Below, piece after piece: positions 18,080 to 26,505 of a DNA stretch of 64,000 nucleotides (positions within the stretch are counted from its first letter, which is position 1; every line of letters begins with the position of its first letter). Under the pieces are notes generated by a model. That model was not told the origin of the DNA and ran no database searches. It saw only the letters and a program-made list of their open reading frames with translations. Made by a program: the position numbers and the translations under genes. Source of the DNA: an uncultured Gammaproteobacteria bacterium (lineage in GTDB: Bacteria; Patescibacteriota; Microgenomatia; Levybacterales; UBA12049); the NCBI GenBank assembly GCA_964391315.1, contig CAYMJR010000001.1, positions 5,949-69,948 on the forward strand, read 5' to 3'.

Positions 18080-19793
18080 AGGTAAACGCGTAGACTTGAA
18101 CGTTGCCGTCGAATTGGATTTCTAAAACATGTGCTCCAGGTGTTGATAAATGAACTAATTTATAAAGCCGATCCTTATCAACAGTCACTACTCCATCCTG
18201 CGCGTCTATACCAAAATATTGCGGCTTGCCATCCACCATAACTTTCATCTGTGACGAACCATTTTTTGGACTGGCAACAAGATAAACATCCATTGCATTG
18301 AAATTAAAATCAAGTTTCGAACCATTTGCCGGTTCAGCATATTCTGATTTCACTGTCCACTTGCCTTGATACGCAAAATAGTTCTGAGGCAGTGGATTTG
18401 GCACGCTATATTCAGCCTCTTGATCCTGATTAATCTTTTCAGGTGAAGCGATATTTTGTATTCTTGCGTAGCCAAGATATGACTCAGGTGTTTGCGCATA
18501 GACATTGTAGGTAGGATTATCAATTTTCTCATTAACTGTTTTGCCTGTCTCAGAAAGCAATTGTTGAATCTCTTTCTCGTCGGTATCATAATCCCCCTCC
18601 CCAAAATGCGTGTGACGAATCAAACCATCTTTATCGATAAAATATTCTGCCGGCCAATATTCATTATTGTAGGCTTGCCAGGTCGCTAAATTATTGTCCT
18701 GTACAACAGGATACTTGATGCCAAAGTCTTTGATTGCCTGTGCAACATTTTTGGGATCTTTTTCAAATTCAAATTCTGGGGAATGGACGCCGATAATAAT
18801 TAACCCTTTGTCATGATATTTGTCCCACCAACTTTTTAAATATGGTAAGGTACGCTGACAATTGATACAGGAATAGGTCCAGAAATCTATAAGAACTACT
18901 TTTCCACGAAAATCTGAAAGCTTAACAGGTTGCGTGTTAAACCACTCTCCGCCTGGAATAATTTCAGGAGCAGGTGGACCTTTCATTTGGTTCACTTCTG
19001 AAAGCGGTTTGCCCATATCGCTTGTATTCATTGGTTTGTTGCTGATACTTTGTAGTGCTTGTTTGACAAAGCTATTGTCTTCAATTTTGGTCAGTCCTGT
19101 ACCATACTTTGGGAAGGTTTGGAGAATATATGATTGGAATGTCCGATCGAAATTGAAAAAGATTGCTGCAGCAGTAAGAATCATAATCACACCAAATGTT
19201 TTTTGAATTTGTGCTGTGTGAGACAAAAGCCACGGGACGCGACGCAATGCATTCTGTCCGCCAAGAATGATCAAAAACATCGGAATCGCAGTACCGAGTG
19301 AATAAGAAAGCGTAATAAGAAAGGCACCAAACGTAACCGTGCCAATAAGCGCCAATGAAATAACAGATGCAAGAATTGGTCCAACACACGGCGTCCACAA
19401 CAGACCAAGTGAAAGACCGATGATAAAGCCAGAACCAAACCCTTTTCGTGTTCCTGTTTGCGGAACAATATTTGAAAGCTTGGAAAACAACCGTTCCATC
19501 CATACTTGAAATTGCGCAATCAAGAGACTTGCGCCAAATAGTGCAATGACAACAACAGAAAAAATTCGAAGTGTATCAGAAGGAATACCACTCAATCGAA
19601 CAATCGTTGAAAGAAATAAAGTAAAGAAAGTGAAACTCAGAATGAATCCTGTGACAACACCAAGCGGCCTTCCCTTTCCTGTTGACTCCCCGCCAATAGT
19701 TGATGAAAGAACAATTGGTAAAACAGGAAGAATACACGGAGAAAGAATTGTCACAACCCCTGCAAGAAAAGCAAAAAGGATAAGAAGAAACAT
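18072..19793 (-). CDS. dipZ: DipZ-type fusion: CcdA/DsbD-like thiol-disulfide transporter plus thioredoxin-like plus C-terminal beta domain
   Basis: TM domain with LSPCILPVLP and LWTPCVGPIL. Thioredoxin-fold FWTYSCINCQRTLP. About 150-aa C-terminal extension. Confidence 0.85.
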   Translation of the reverse strand: MFLLILFAFLAGVVTILSPCILPVLPIVLSSTIGGESTGKGRPLGVVTGFILSFTFFTLFLSTIVRLSGIPSDTLRIFSVVVIALFGASLLIAQFQVWMERLFSKLSNIVPQTGTRKGFGSGFIIGLSLGLLWTPCVGPILASVISLALIGTVTFGAFLITLSYSLGTAIPMFLIILGGQNALRRVPWLLSHTAQIQKTFGVIMILTAAAIFFNFDRTFQSYILQTFPKYGTGLTKIEDNSFVKQALQSISNKPMNTSDMGKPLSEVNQMKGPPAPEIIPGGEWFNTQPVKLSDFRGKVVLIDFWTYSCINCQRTLPYLKSWWDKYHDKGLIIIGVHSPEFEFEKDPKNVAQAIKDFGIKYPVVQDNNLATWQAYNNEYWPAEYFIDKDGLIRHTHFGEGDYDTDEKEIQQLLSETGKTVNEKIDNPTYNVYAQTPESYLGYARIQNIASPEKINQDQEAEYSVPNPLPQNYFAYQGKWTVKSEYAEPANGSKLDFNFNAMDVYLVASPKNGSSQMKVMVDGKPQYFGIDAQDGVVTVDKDRLYKLVHLSTPGAHVLEIQFDGNVQVYAFTFG

Positions 19794-19892
19794 GACACAT
19801 AAAGTATATCAAATTTTGATAAAAACACTTACAGAAATCCTACTGGAAAACGGGGTGAAGCTTACGAAATATTTTTATGATCGTTTCTTTCT

Positions 19893-22070
19893 ATGACGGA
19901 AAAACAAACTGTCAAAACAAAACATAGAGCAACGCCTGCTGATCCAACTGTAGGAATCACTCATGAAACTCCACTTCCTAGAGCTGAATCACGAAATATT
20001 CCTCCTGAACTTGGAGAAGATGCCATCGCTATTTTGGAAGGACGAACCTTTATGTATTCCAACGATGTCGGCGATGTACCTGATGGAACAATCGGCGGAC
20101 TTATCCATGCAGATACCAGATTTATCAACACATGGGTCCTCACGATCAATGGTGAACGATTACTTCCTCTCCGGTCAGGAAGCGTCAACTATTATTCTGC
20201 TGCCTTTTTCCTCACCAATCCCCGCATGCCTAATATTAGAGCAGATAGACTTGCAGTCCGAAGGCTGCGGTTTGTCGGAGGAGGATTCCATGAAAAAATT
20301 GAAATAACAAATTTTGACAAAAAAGAGTTATCCTTTGAGGTACGTCTTGCAGTTGGAAATGATTTTGCCGACCTTTTTGAGGTGAAATCAAAGACTCGTT
20401 ACAAACCCAAAGATATAACAGTCGATCAGGCAGAAGATGGTTCGCAATTACGATTTGAATATAAAAACAAAACATTTTCTGCCGATACAACAGTAAAAGT
20501 ATCTCCTAAAGCAACACGGATTGAAAACAATGCATTCGTTTGGGAGATAACACTTACTCCGGAGGAAAAATGGGAATGTGAAATAGAAGTTCCGGTACAA
20601 TTAGGACCAAATGAAATTCAACCAAGACATAAAACCTTTGATGAAGCCTTTAGTTTAAAGGGAGATGATGCAGTAAAAAAGTGGCTTGCCCAAAGACCAC
20701 GAGTAGAGAGTGATTCCTACCTTCTTAATCAAGTAATTAGGAAATCTGCCCATGACCTTGCTTCTCTCCGACTCAATATGGAAATTGAACAACAAGAGGT
20801 ACTTCTTCCAGCTGCAGGACTTCCGTGGTTTCTTACCCTTTTTGGGAGAGACACACTCATTACTGCCTACCAAAGTATGAGTTCAGGTCCGTTACTTGCT
20901 AAAGGAGCACTCCTGTTGTTAGCTGCCGGCCAGGGAAAAGAAGAAAATGATTTTAAAGATGAAGAACCCGGAAAAATTCTTCATGAATCCCGCTCCGGTG
21001 AACTTACACAACTCGGAATCAAACCCCACAACCCTTATTATGGTACAGCGGATGCAACACAACTCTGGCTTATCCTCCTTTCAGAATACTGGCGGTGGAC
21101 CAAAGATGATGAGTTCGTAAAACGATTAAAGGAAAACGTGATATCTGCTCTTTCCTGGATTGATAACTATGGAGACCGGGATGGTGACGGATATGTAGAA
21201 TACCAAACAAGATCCTCTCAAGGACTTGGTAATCAGTGTTGGCGCGATTCATGGGAAGGTGTCCAATTTGCAGATGCGAGTATCCCCTACCTACCAATTG
21301 CGACGTGTGAATTACAAGGGTATGTATATGATGCAAAACTACGTGTTGCAGAACTTATGGACGGACCACTTGAAGATCAAGAAGGTGCGAAGCGTCTTCG
21401 CAAAGAAGCAGAAGATTTGAAAAATAGGTTTAACAAAGATTTCTGGATTAACAAACGCGGCGGATATTACGCACTTGGACTGGACGGAGATAAGAGAAAA
21501 ATTGACTCACTCACCTCCAATATCGGCCATTTACTCTGGAGTGGTATTGTTCCTGAGGAACGAGCAGCAATTATTGCTAAGCATCTTCTTTCTGATGCAT
21601 TATTCTCTGGCTGGGGTGTGAGAACACTTTCAACTGAAGATCGAGGATACAATCCAATTGGTTATCATCTCGGAACAGTTTGGCCACATGATAATTCTCT
21701 TATTGCAGCAGGTCTTGCCTTATATGGTTTTCGCAAAGAAGCAAACAAAATTATTTTGTCACTTCTTGATGCAGCTTCTTTTTCAGATTACCGACTTCCT
21801 GAGGCATTTTCAGGATATAATAGAGACGTCGGACATTTCCCCATCCCCTACCCAACAGCATGTAGTCCACAAGCATGGGCATCTGGTGCTCCATTACTCT
21901 TTGTTCGATCAATGTTGGGACTTGAGATAAAAGACAGTCATTTAACTGTCAATCCTGATGTTCCTCCTGAAATCGGAAGAATCTTAATTACAAAGACATA
22001 CGCATTTGGCAAGAAATGGGATATCGAAGCAAATGGGAAAAACGGCGATGTCCGACTGTCAGCGTTATAA
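19893..22070 (+). CDS. amylo-alpha-1,6-glucosidase / glycogen debranching enzyme-like (GDE_N plus (alpha/alpha)6 GDE_C)
   Basis: 725 aa. AGLPWFLTLFGRDTLITA, WRDSWEG and GTVWPHDNS are typical of the bacterial/archaeal debranching-type family. Confidence 0.85.
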   Translation: MTEKQTVKTKHRATPADPTVGITHETPLPRAESRNIPPELGEDAIAILEGRTFMYSNDVGDVPDGTIGGLIHADTRFINTWVLTINGERLLPLRSGSVNYYSAAFFLTNPRMPNIRADRLAVRRLRFVGGGFHEKIEITNFDKKELSFEVRLAVGNDFADLFEVKSKTRYKPKDITVDQAEDGSQLRFEYKNKTFSADTTVKVSPKATRIENNAFVWEITLTPEEKWECEIEVPVQLGPNEIQPRHKTFDEAFSLKGDDAVKKWLAQRPRVESDSYLLNQVIRKSAHDLASLRLNMEIEQQEVLLPAAGLPWFLTLFGRDTLITAYQSMSSGPLLAKGALLLLAAGQGKEENDFKDEEPGKILHESRSGELTQLGIKPHNPYYGTADATQLWLILLSEYWRWTKDDEFVKRLKENVISALSWIDNYGDRDGDGYVEYQTRSSQGLGNQCWRDSWEGVQFADASIPYLPIATCELQGYVYDAKLRVAELMDGPLEDQEGAKRLRKEAEDLKNRFNKDFWINKRGGYYALGLDGDKRKIDSLTSNIGHLLWSGIVPEERAAIIAKHLLSDALFSGWGVRTLSTEDRGYNPIGYHLGTVWPHDNSLIAAGLALYGFRKEANKIILSLLDAASFSDYRLPEAFSGYNRDVGHFPIPYPTACSPQAWASGAPLLFVRSMLGLEIKDSHLTVNPDVPPEIGRILITKTYAFGKKWDIEANGKNGDVRLSAL

Positions 22071-22095
22071 TCTTAATAAGCATGTATTAGGCTCA

Positions 22096-22608
22096 TTAAT
22101 GGTGGTGTCTGATTCCTTTTTTGACTAACGAATAATTAACAGGAAAGGCAACGATATATCCAGCAGTAAGTGCTGCCAGCAATCCGAGCCAATATTGGAT
22201 ATGCATAAGCCCCATTCTTCTCATACCTGGGAAAATGAGTTCAGTTCCTGCTTCTGCTGCTTCCATAGTCAAAATACTTAACGTCTCGGTTGTTAAAATG
22301 ATTTTCGCAGCAGCTGTAAATGACATGTTTGCTTTGAAAAGAGGAATTGCGCTAAAAATAAAACCAAAAATGAAACCGAAAATTACGCCAAAAAGAATTC
22401 GTATCGTATAAGGTAAGAAAAAAATTGTTCCAATAATAACGCCAAGAATATCACCCACACCACATCCAAGTAAGCAATGATAGGTTGCACTAAAAGCCAA
22501 TTTTTGAGTACTTGTTGTACTTGGCATAAGATGCATCCCACACTTAGGACATGTTTCATTTTCCGCACCCTTTACTTCCGGATGCATCGGGCAGGTGTAT
22601 GTTTTCAT
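22096..22608 (-). CDS. DUF4396-like membrane protein with N-terminal heavy-metal-binding domain
   Basis: N-terminal YTCPMHPEVKGAENETCPKCGMHLMP is the Cys/His motif found at the N-termini of copper efflux components. It is followed by 4-5 TM helices. Start overlaps the csoR stop by 4 nt. Confidence 0.7.
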   Translation of the reverse strand: MKTYTCPMHPEVKGAENETCPKCGMHLMPSTTSTQKLAFSATYHCLLGCGVGDILGVIIGTIFFLPYTIRILFGVIFGFIFGFIFSAIPLFKANMSFTAAAKIILTTETLSILTMEAAEAGTELIFPGMRRMGLMHIQYWLGLLAALTAGYIVAFPVNYSLVKKGIRHHH

Positions 22609-22874
22609 TTCTTTTTAAATACTTCCATGATTTCAGCAATTGACTTATCAGCTTTCCCTTTTTTAATGGAATCTGCGACACAAACTTTAAGATGGTTTTC
22701 CAACAACAAATTACCTGTCTGCTCCAATCCTTTCTCAACTGCTTGCATTTGGTGCATAACATCAATACAGTATGCATCTTCTTCCATCATTCGGATAACT
22801 TTATCAAGCTGTCCCCGTGCAATTTTGAGGCGGTGTGTAATTCTTTCCTGTGTATCTTTAGGTCTGTAGGCCAT
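22605..22874 (-). CDS. csoR: CsoR-family copper-sensing transcriptional repressor
   Basis: 89 aa. RLKIARGQLDKVIRMMEEDAYCIDVMHQMQAV...NHLKVC gives the C-H-C ligand pattern (Cys in AYCID, His/Cys in HLKVC) of CsoR rather than RcnR/FrmR. Confidence 0.8.
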   Translation of the reverse strand: MAYRPKDTQERITHRLKIARGQLDKVIRMMEEDAYCIDVMHQMQAVEKGLEQTGNLLLENHLKVCVADSIKKGKADKSIAEIMEVFKKK

Positions 22875-22893
22875 ATCTCCCCCTAGGGGATAT
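22873..22893. promoter_or_regulatory. putative CsoR operator (G/C-tract pseudo-palindrome) overlapping the csoR -10 box, TSS and start codon
   Basis: ATATCTCCCCCTAGGGGATAT has arms ATATC(T)CCCC and GGGGATAT. Flanked by CATAAT (-10, minus, 22892..22897) and the csoR ATG (22874). It is the only G/C tract of this kind in the window. Confidence 0.5.
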
Positions 22894-22928
22894 TATGACT
22901 TGCTTTTTTGCGTATGACAAGTGGCAAA

Positions 22929-23360
22929 CTAATCGTTTTTTCTCTCAATATCAGTAATAACAACTGTTGCCCTGTGTAAAATATCGTTAAATGGAGCATT
23001 CAGTTCTGTGACAAATGATCCTTTCACTTTCTGAGAAAGTGATTGGGGAAGATATGTAGTAATTTTTCCCAAAAATTCTTTATGTCCTCCGACAATAATT
23101 CCTGTAATGGATTGTTTTTTTGAAAAGGCAATTATCTCTTCTACAATTTTTTGTAAATGACGATGTAAGTGGTCTTCGATGTGGCGGAAAATCTTATCGC
23201 TTCTTCCGTAATAATGTTCCTCGTTTGCACGGACTTTCTGAGGCACATCATTAATAACAAGTTCCCTATGCTCTCCTACAGCCTTTCCATCAAGGACCGT
23301 AAACATAAGTACCTTCTTTCTGTCAACCAAGAGAACTATGTACGTTGTCCTTCCAATCAT
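22929..23360 (-). CDS. host-attachment-protein-like / eRF1-domain-like small protein
   Basis: Start ATG 23360 is preceded by GGAGGGTAGAACG. The pattern YGRSDKIFRHIEDHLHRHLQKIVEEI...ITGIIVGGHKEFLGKITTYL matches my memory of the Host_attach family (GRS, H..E, F..LA, LvlvApp.fLG). Not verified. Confidence 0.4.
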   Translation of the reverse strand: MIGRTTYIVLLVDRKKVLMFTVLDGKAVGEHRELVINDVPQKVRANEEHYYGRSDKIFRHIEDHLHRHLQKIVEEIIAFSKKQSITGIIVGGHKEFLGKITTYLPQSLSQKVKGSFVTELNAPFNDILHRATVVITDIERKND

Positions 23361-23421
23361 CGTTCTACCCTCCAACACTATACGTGTATTCTGAGTAAAT
23401 TACTGTGATTTAAATCATAGA

Positions 23422-24075
23422 TTAATAGGCTGAAGAAAGTTCTGCTTCAAGCAGAGAGAGATCGTGGATGGTGAGGGTATTTTTATTAAAACCCACCAAA
23501 TTTTTTTCTTTTAATACTTTCATTTCCCGGCTTACTGTTTCGCGTGTCATCCCTGCTTGTGCAGCCAACTCTTTTTCTGAAACATGAAATTCGATAACTC
23601 CATCTGTTGTGTGCTTCCCAAATCTTTTTGCCTGAATGACAATTTCTGTCACAAGCCTATCGTATGCCCCACCCGACATCATATACATCATACGCGTAAA
23701 CAATCCATCAAGCCCTCGGTAAATTCTTTGGACCAGATCATACAAAACCTCAGGATTCGATTGTAAAAATTTCAGAACTTTTTCTCTAGGTGCTTTCATC
23801 ACGATAGCGTCGGTTATTGCTTCATAATAATATTCATTTTTTGTATTGTTGATTGCCCAACCCATTGGAAAAAATGCTATTGGTTTATAAATATTAATAA
23901 CCAGTTCTTCTCCCTTTTTAGAAATCGCGTACAGTTTGACCGCACCATTTTTGAGAAAGAAAATACCAGTCGGCTCTTCATCTGCATTAATCAAGATGTC
24001 TCCTTTTTTATAACTTTTCTGTTGAAATTGAGAAAAAAAAGAATCAATTTTTTCCGTAATTTCTCTACTCTCCAT
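23422..24075 (-). CDS. Crp/Fnr family transcriptional regulator
   Basis: N-terminal cNMP-binding beta-barrel (GIFFLKNGAVKLY). C-terminal HTH ELAAQAGMTRETVSREMKVLKEKNLV. No N-terminal Cys cluster, so not a classical FNR. Confidence 0.85.
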   Translation of the reverse strand: MESREITEKIDSFFSQFQQKSYKKGDILINADEEPTGIFFLKNGAVKLYAISKKGEELVINIYKPIAFFPMGWAINNTKNEYYYEAITDAIVMKAPREKVLKFLQSNPEVLYDLVQRIYRGLDGLFTRMMYMMSGGAYDRLVTEIVIQAKRFGKHTTDGVIEFHVSEKELAAQAGMTRETVSREMKVLKEKNLVGFNKNTLTIHDLSLLEAELSSAY

Positions 24076-24081
24076 AGCAGG

Positions 24082-24090
24082 ATTATAACA
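24082..24090 (-). promoter_or_regulatory. extended -10 box TGtTATAAT, 6 nt before ATG 24075
   Basis: Minus strand reads ttgttataat cctgct ATG. Confidence 0.5.
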
Positions 24091-24186
24091 AAGAAAATGG
24101 ATAAAACGAAAGAAAAAAAATAGCCATTACTTATTTCCTACACAAGAAAATAACAACCTTTACACAACCAGCATACAATACGTTTT

Positions 24187-24531
24187 ATGGTTGGTATAGC
24201 TCTTTTTGCGGGATTCTTATTGATTTTAGGAGGAATCTTTCAACTTATTGAAGGATTTGCAGCCCTCTTTGGCGGAGGTTTTTTTGTCGTATGGGGCTTG
24301 ATTCACCTGATCATTGGAATCGTTATCGTGAGTGCCGGCATTGCAATATTCTCAGGACGGGTTTGGGGACGTATTGTTGGTATTATCCTCGCACTCTTAA
24401 GTGCAATTGCAAATTTCTTCTATATTCCCTACTATCCTATCTGGTCAATTATCCTCATTCTTCTGGATATTGTCATTATTTGGGCCCTTGCAAGCTATAC
24501 ACCTCAAGAGGCAAGAAGTAAAATAAAATAA
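24187..24531 (+). CDS. small 4-helix membrane protein (HdeD/DUF308-like)
   Basis: 114 aa, almost entirely Gly/Ile/Leu-rich helices. TACAAT (24174..24179) lies 7 nt before the ATG. Confidence 0.6.
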   Translation: MVGIALFAGFLLILGGIFQLIEGFAALFGGGFFVVWGLIHLIIGIVIVSAGIAIFSGRVWGRIVGIILALLSAIANFFYIPYYPIWSIILILLDIVIIWALASYTPQEARSKIK

Positions 24532-24592
24532 AACGTACTCTACTGAAATACATTGTTGACTTTTTTCATGAAAAACCAGTAGTATGTAATCT

Positions 24593-25153
24593 ATGACAAA
24601 AAATAGTCAACAAGATGACATGTGTCCAAAATGCGGCTCCCCTCTTGGACCGGTAACTGTCACCAAAACTGGAAAAAAATTACAACGCTGTTCAACAGGA
24701 TCCTGGGATCCAACCACCAGACAAACCGTAGGCTGCGATTATGTAAAATGGCTTGAAGTGGAGCCAGAAGCGCTTGATGAGAAATGCCCTAAATGCGGCA
24801 GCCCACTAATTCTTGCAACAACCCGCTTTGGTAAAAAAATGAAAAAATGTTCAACAGGTGTCTGGAATAAAGACACAAAAAAAGTAGAAGGGTGTGACTA
24901 TGTCGAGTGGATCAATGGAACAACTGAGCCACTTGATGAAGAATGCCCTGAATGCGGCAACAAACTTGTTTTGTTTACCACAAATGCTGGTAAAAAAATG
25001 AAAAAATGTTCAACTGCGGGCTGGGATAGTAAAAAAAGAAAAGCAACTGGCTGCACCTATATTTATTGGCTGAAACCTTCTGAATATCCACAAAAAGAAC
25101 AACAATATGACAGCGGCGGCGAAGAATTTTTACCTCCCGAACCCGAAGAATAA
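24593..25153 (+). CDS. stand-alone protein of three tandem topoisomerase-type C4 zinc ribbons
   Basis: Three 53-54-aa units, each CP(K/E)CG-x(17-18)-KCST-x(13-14)-GC-x-Y-(V/I)-x-W, followed by an acidic tail EEFLPPEPEE. TTGACT-18-TAGTAT lies upstream, with 7 nt to the ATG. Confidence 0.7.
   Translation: MTKNSQQDDMCPKCGSPLGPVTVTKTGKKLQRCSTGSWDPTTRQTVGCDYVKWLEVEPEALDEKCPKCGSPLILATTRFGKKMKKCSTGVWNKDTKKVEGCDYVEWINGTTEPLDEECPECGNKLVLFTTNAGKKMKKCSTAGWDSKKRKATGCTYIYWLKPSEYPQKEQQYDSGGEEFLPPEPEE
24614..25072 (+). repeat. three tandem intragenic repeats of about 160 nt (zinc-ribbon units)
   Basis: Protein-level period of 54 then 53 aa (Cys11, Cys65, Cys118 equivalents). The units are diverged at the DNA level. 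Confidence 0.7.
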
Positions 25154-25209
25154 TCAACTACTTTACTCTTACACATTCCTTATATAAACTATTTATACTA
25201 GTATAATCT

Positions 25210-26361
25210 ATGAGAAAACTATTCTTCTCATTTTTTCTTCTTTTTGTTGCGTTTGCAGCAGTAGTAACTCCCGTTTTTGCACAACAACAGCAACAAAATG
25301 TCATGCTCAACAAAGATCAGACAATAACCGGTGATTATTTTGCAAGCGGCAATACAGTCACTGTCCTTGGTACTGTCGATGGCGACGCATATGTGACCGG
25401 AGGTACGGTAACAATGGATGGAACAGTCAAAAACGACATTATTGCAGGCGGTGGGACAGTTACTATCAGTGGAACAGCGCAAAATATCCGCGTCGCAGGA
25501 GGCACTGTTACGATTAATGGAAACGTTGCTAAAAATGTTACTGTTTTTGGCGGCGATGTTACCATCGAACCGAATGCCAAAATCGGAGGCAGTCTAGTCG
25601 CTGCAGGAGGCACAGTAACAATCCTCTCACCAATCGGAAAAGCTGCTACACTTGGCGGCGGACAAGTCTCAATCAATAATTCGATCAATGGAGGAGTTAC
25701 TGCAGGTGTCAAGCAGTTAACTCTTCAACCGCAGGCAAAAATTAATGGCGATCTTAATTACACCAGTAATCAAAAAGTACAAATAGCAAAAGGTGCAACT
25801 GTTACTGGTGAAATTAAACAAACTATGCCCAACCAAAACAGACAAGGTATGAAGCAAAAAGTGCTTGCTGGTCTTGGAATTGCATGGTTTACGTTTGGAT
25901 TTGCAAATTTCATCTGCATGCTTCTCATAGGACTTCTCCTCATTTTCTTTGCACCAAATTATTTTAAGCGGGTCGCAGATTCCATTATTGAGAAACCCTG
26001 GTGGTGTCTTGGAGTTGGTATTCTTACGGTTATTTTCACGCCGGTTATTCTTGTAATAATCTTTGCAACGATTATTGGCATACCCTTGGCATTGCTTTTA
26101 CTTTTGATATATCTTGTCGCACTCTACTTGGCAAAACTGTTTGTCATGTATCTTATCGGTGAGAGAATCGGAAGAAAAATGAATCCAAAGCTTCATATGG
26201 CGTGGTTCTTTGTGATCGGACTCGTTATTTATCAATTCCTTGTCCTCATTCCTCTCATCGGCTGGCTGATTGATACGCTTGCAATGTTTTTTGGTCTCGG
26301 AGCTCTGTTGATACAGAAAAAATATCTTTACCTCACCCTCCGCAAAAACAAAACGATTTAA
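25210..26361 (+). CDS. secreted beta-helix repeat protein (bactofilin/polymer-forming-like repeats) with C-terminal polytopic membrane domain
   Basis: Signal peptide ending VFAQQ. About 10 degenerate repeats of GGTVT(I/M)xGxV. Then 4-5 TM helices from about aa 220. Confidence 0.6.
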   Translation: MRKLFFSFFLLFVAFAAVVTPVFAQQQQQNVMLNKDQTITGDYFASGNTVTVLGTVDGDAYVTGGTVTMDGTVKNDIIAGGGTVTISGTAQNIRVAGGTVTINGNVAKNVTVFGGDVTIEPNAKIGGSLVAAGGTVTILSPIGKAATLGGGQVSINNSINGGVTAGVKQLTLQPQAKINGDLNYTSNQKVQIAKGATVTGEIKQTMPNQNRQGMKQKVLAGLGIAWFTFGFANFICMLLIGLLLIFFAPNYFKRVADSIIEKPWWCLGVGILTVIFTPVILVIIFATIIGIPLALLLLLIYLVALYLAKLFVMYLIGERIGRKMNPKLHMAWFFVIGLVIYQFLVLIPLIGWLIDTLAMFFGLGALLIQKKYLYLTLRKNKTI

Positions 26362-26505
26362 AATTTAGTTTCGTATTCGCGCATATTCCGTGAGAATATC
26401 ATCCTGAACAGATTGATCCAAATTTGTTAATTTTTCTCTACCCATAAGAGATTCTTCTGGGCAGAATATCACTATGCTTGTGAAGATCAATATTATCCCC
26501 CATTA

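Noticed and set aside
22899-22925. ACTTG-N16-CAAGT inverted repeat upstream of csoR as a terminator of the preceding gene.
   Set aside because: The stem is only 5 bp with a 16-nt loop and no T-tract, which is too weak to call.
25335-25712. 125-aa antisense ORF rich in PPVT repeats, plus 25228..25482.
   Set aside because: It is the mirror image of the GGTVT repeat gene 25210..26361. The sense gene has a signal peptide and TM domain and explains the region.
26362-26505. Short minus-strand ORFs (21 and 26 codons) in the 144-nt convergent gap after the repeat-protein gene.
   Set aside because: They have no start context (neither SD nor a spaced -10 box) and no recognisable similarity. This is probably plain spacer.
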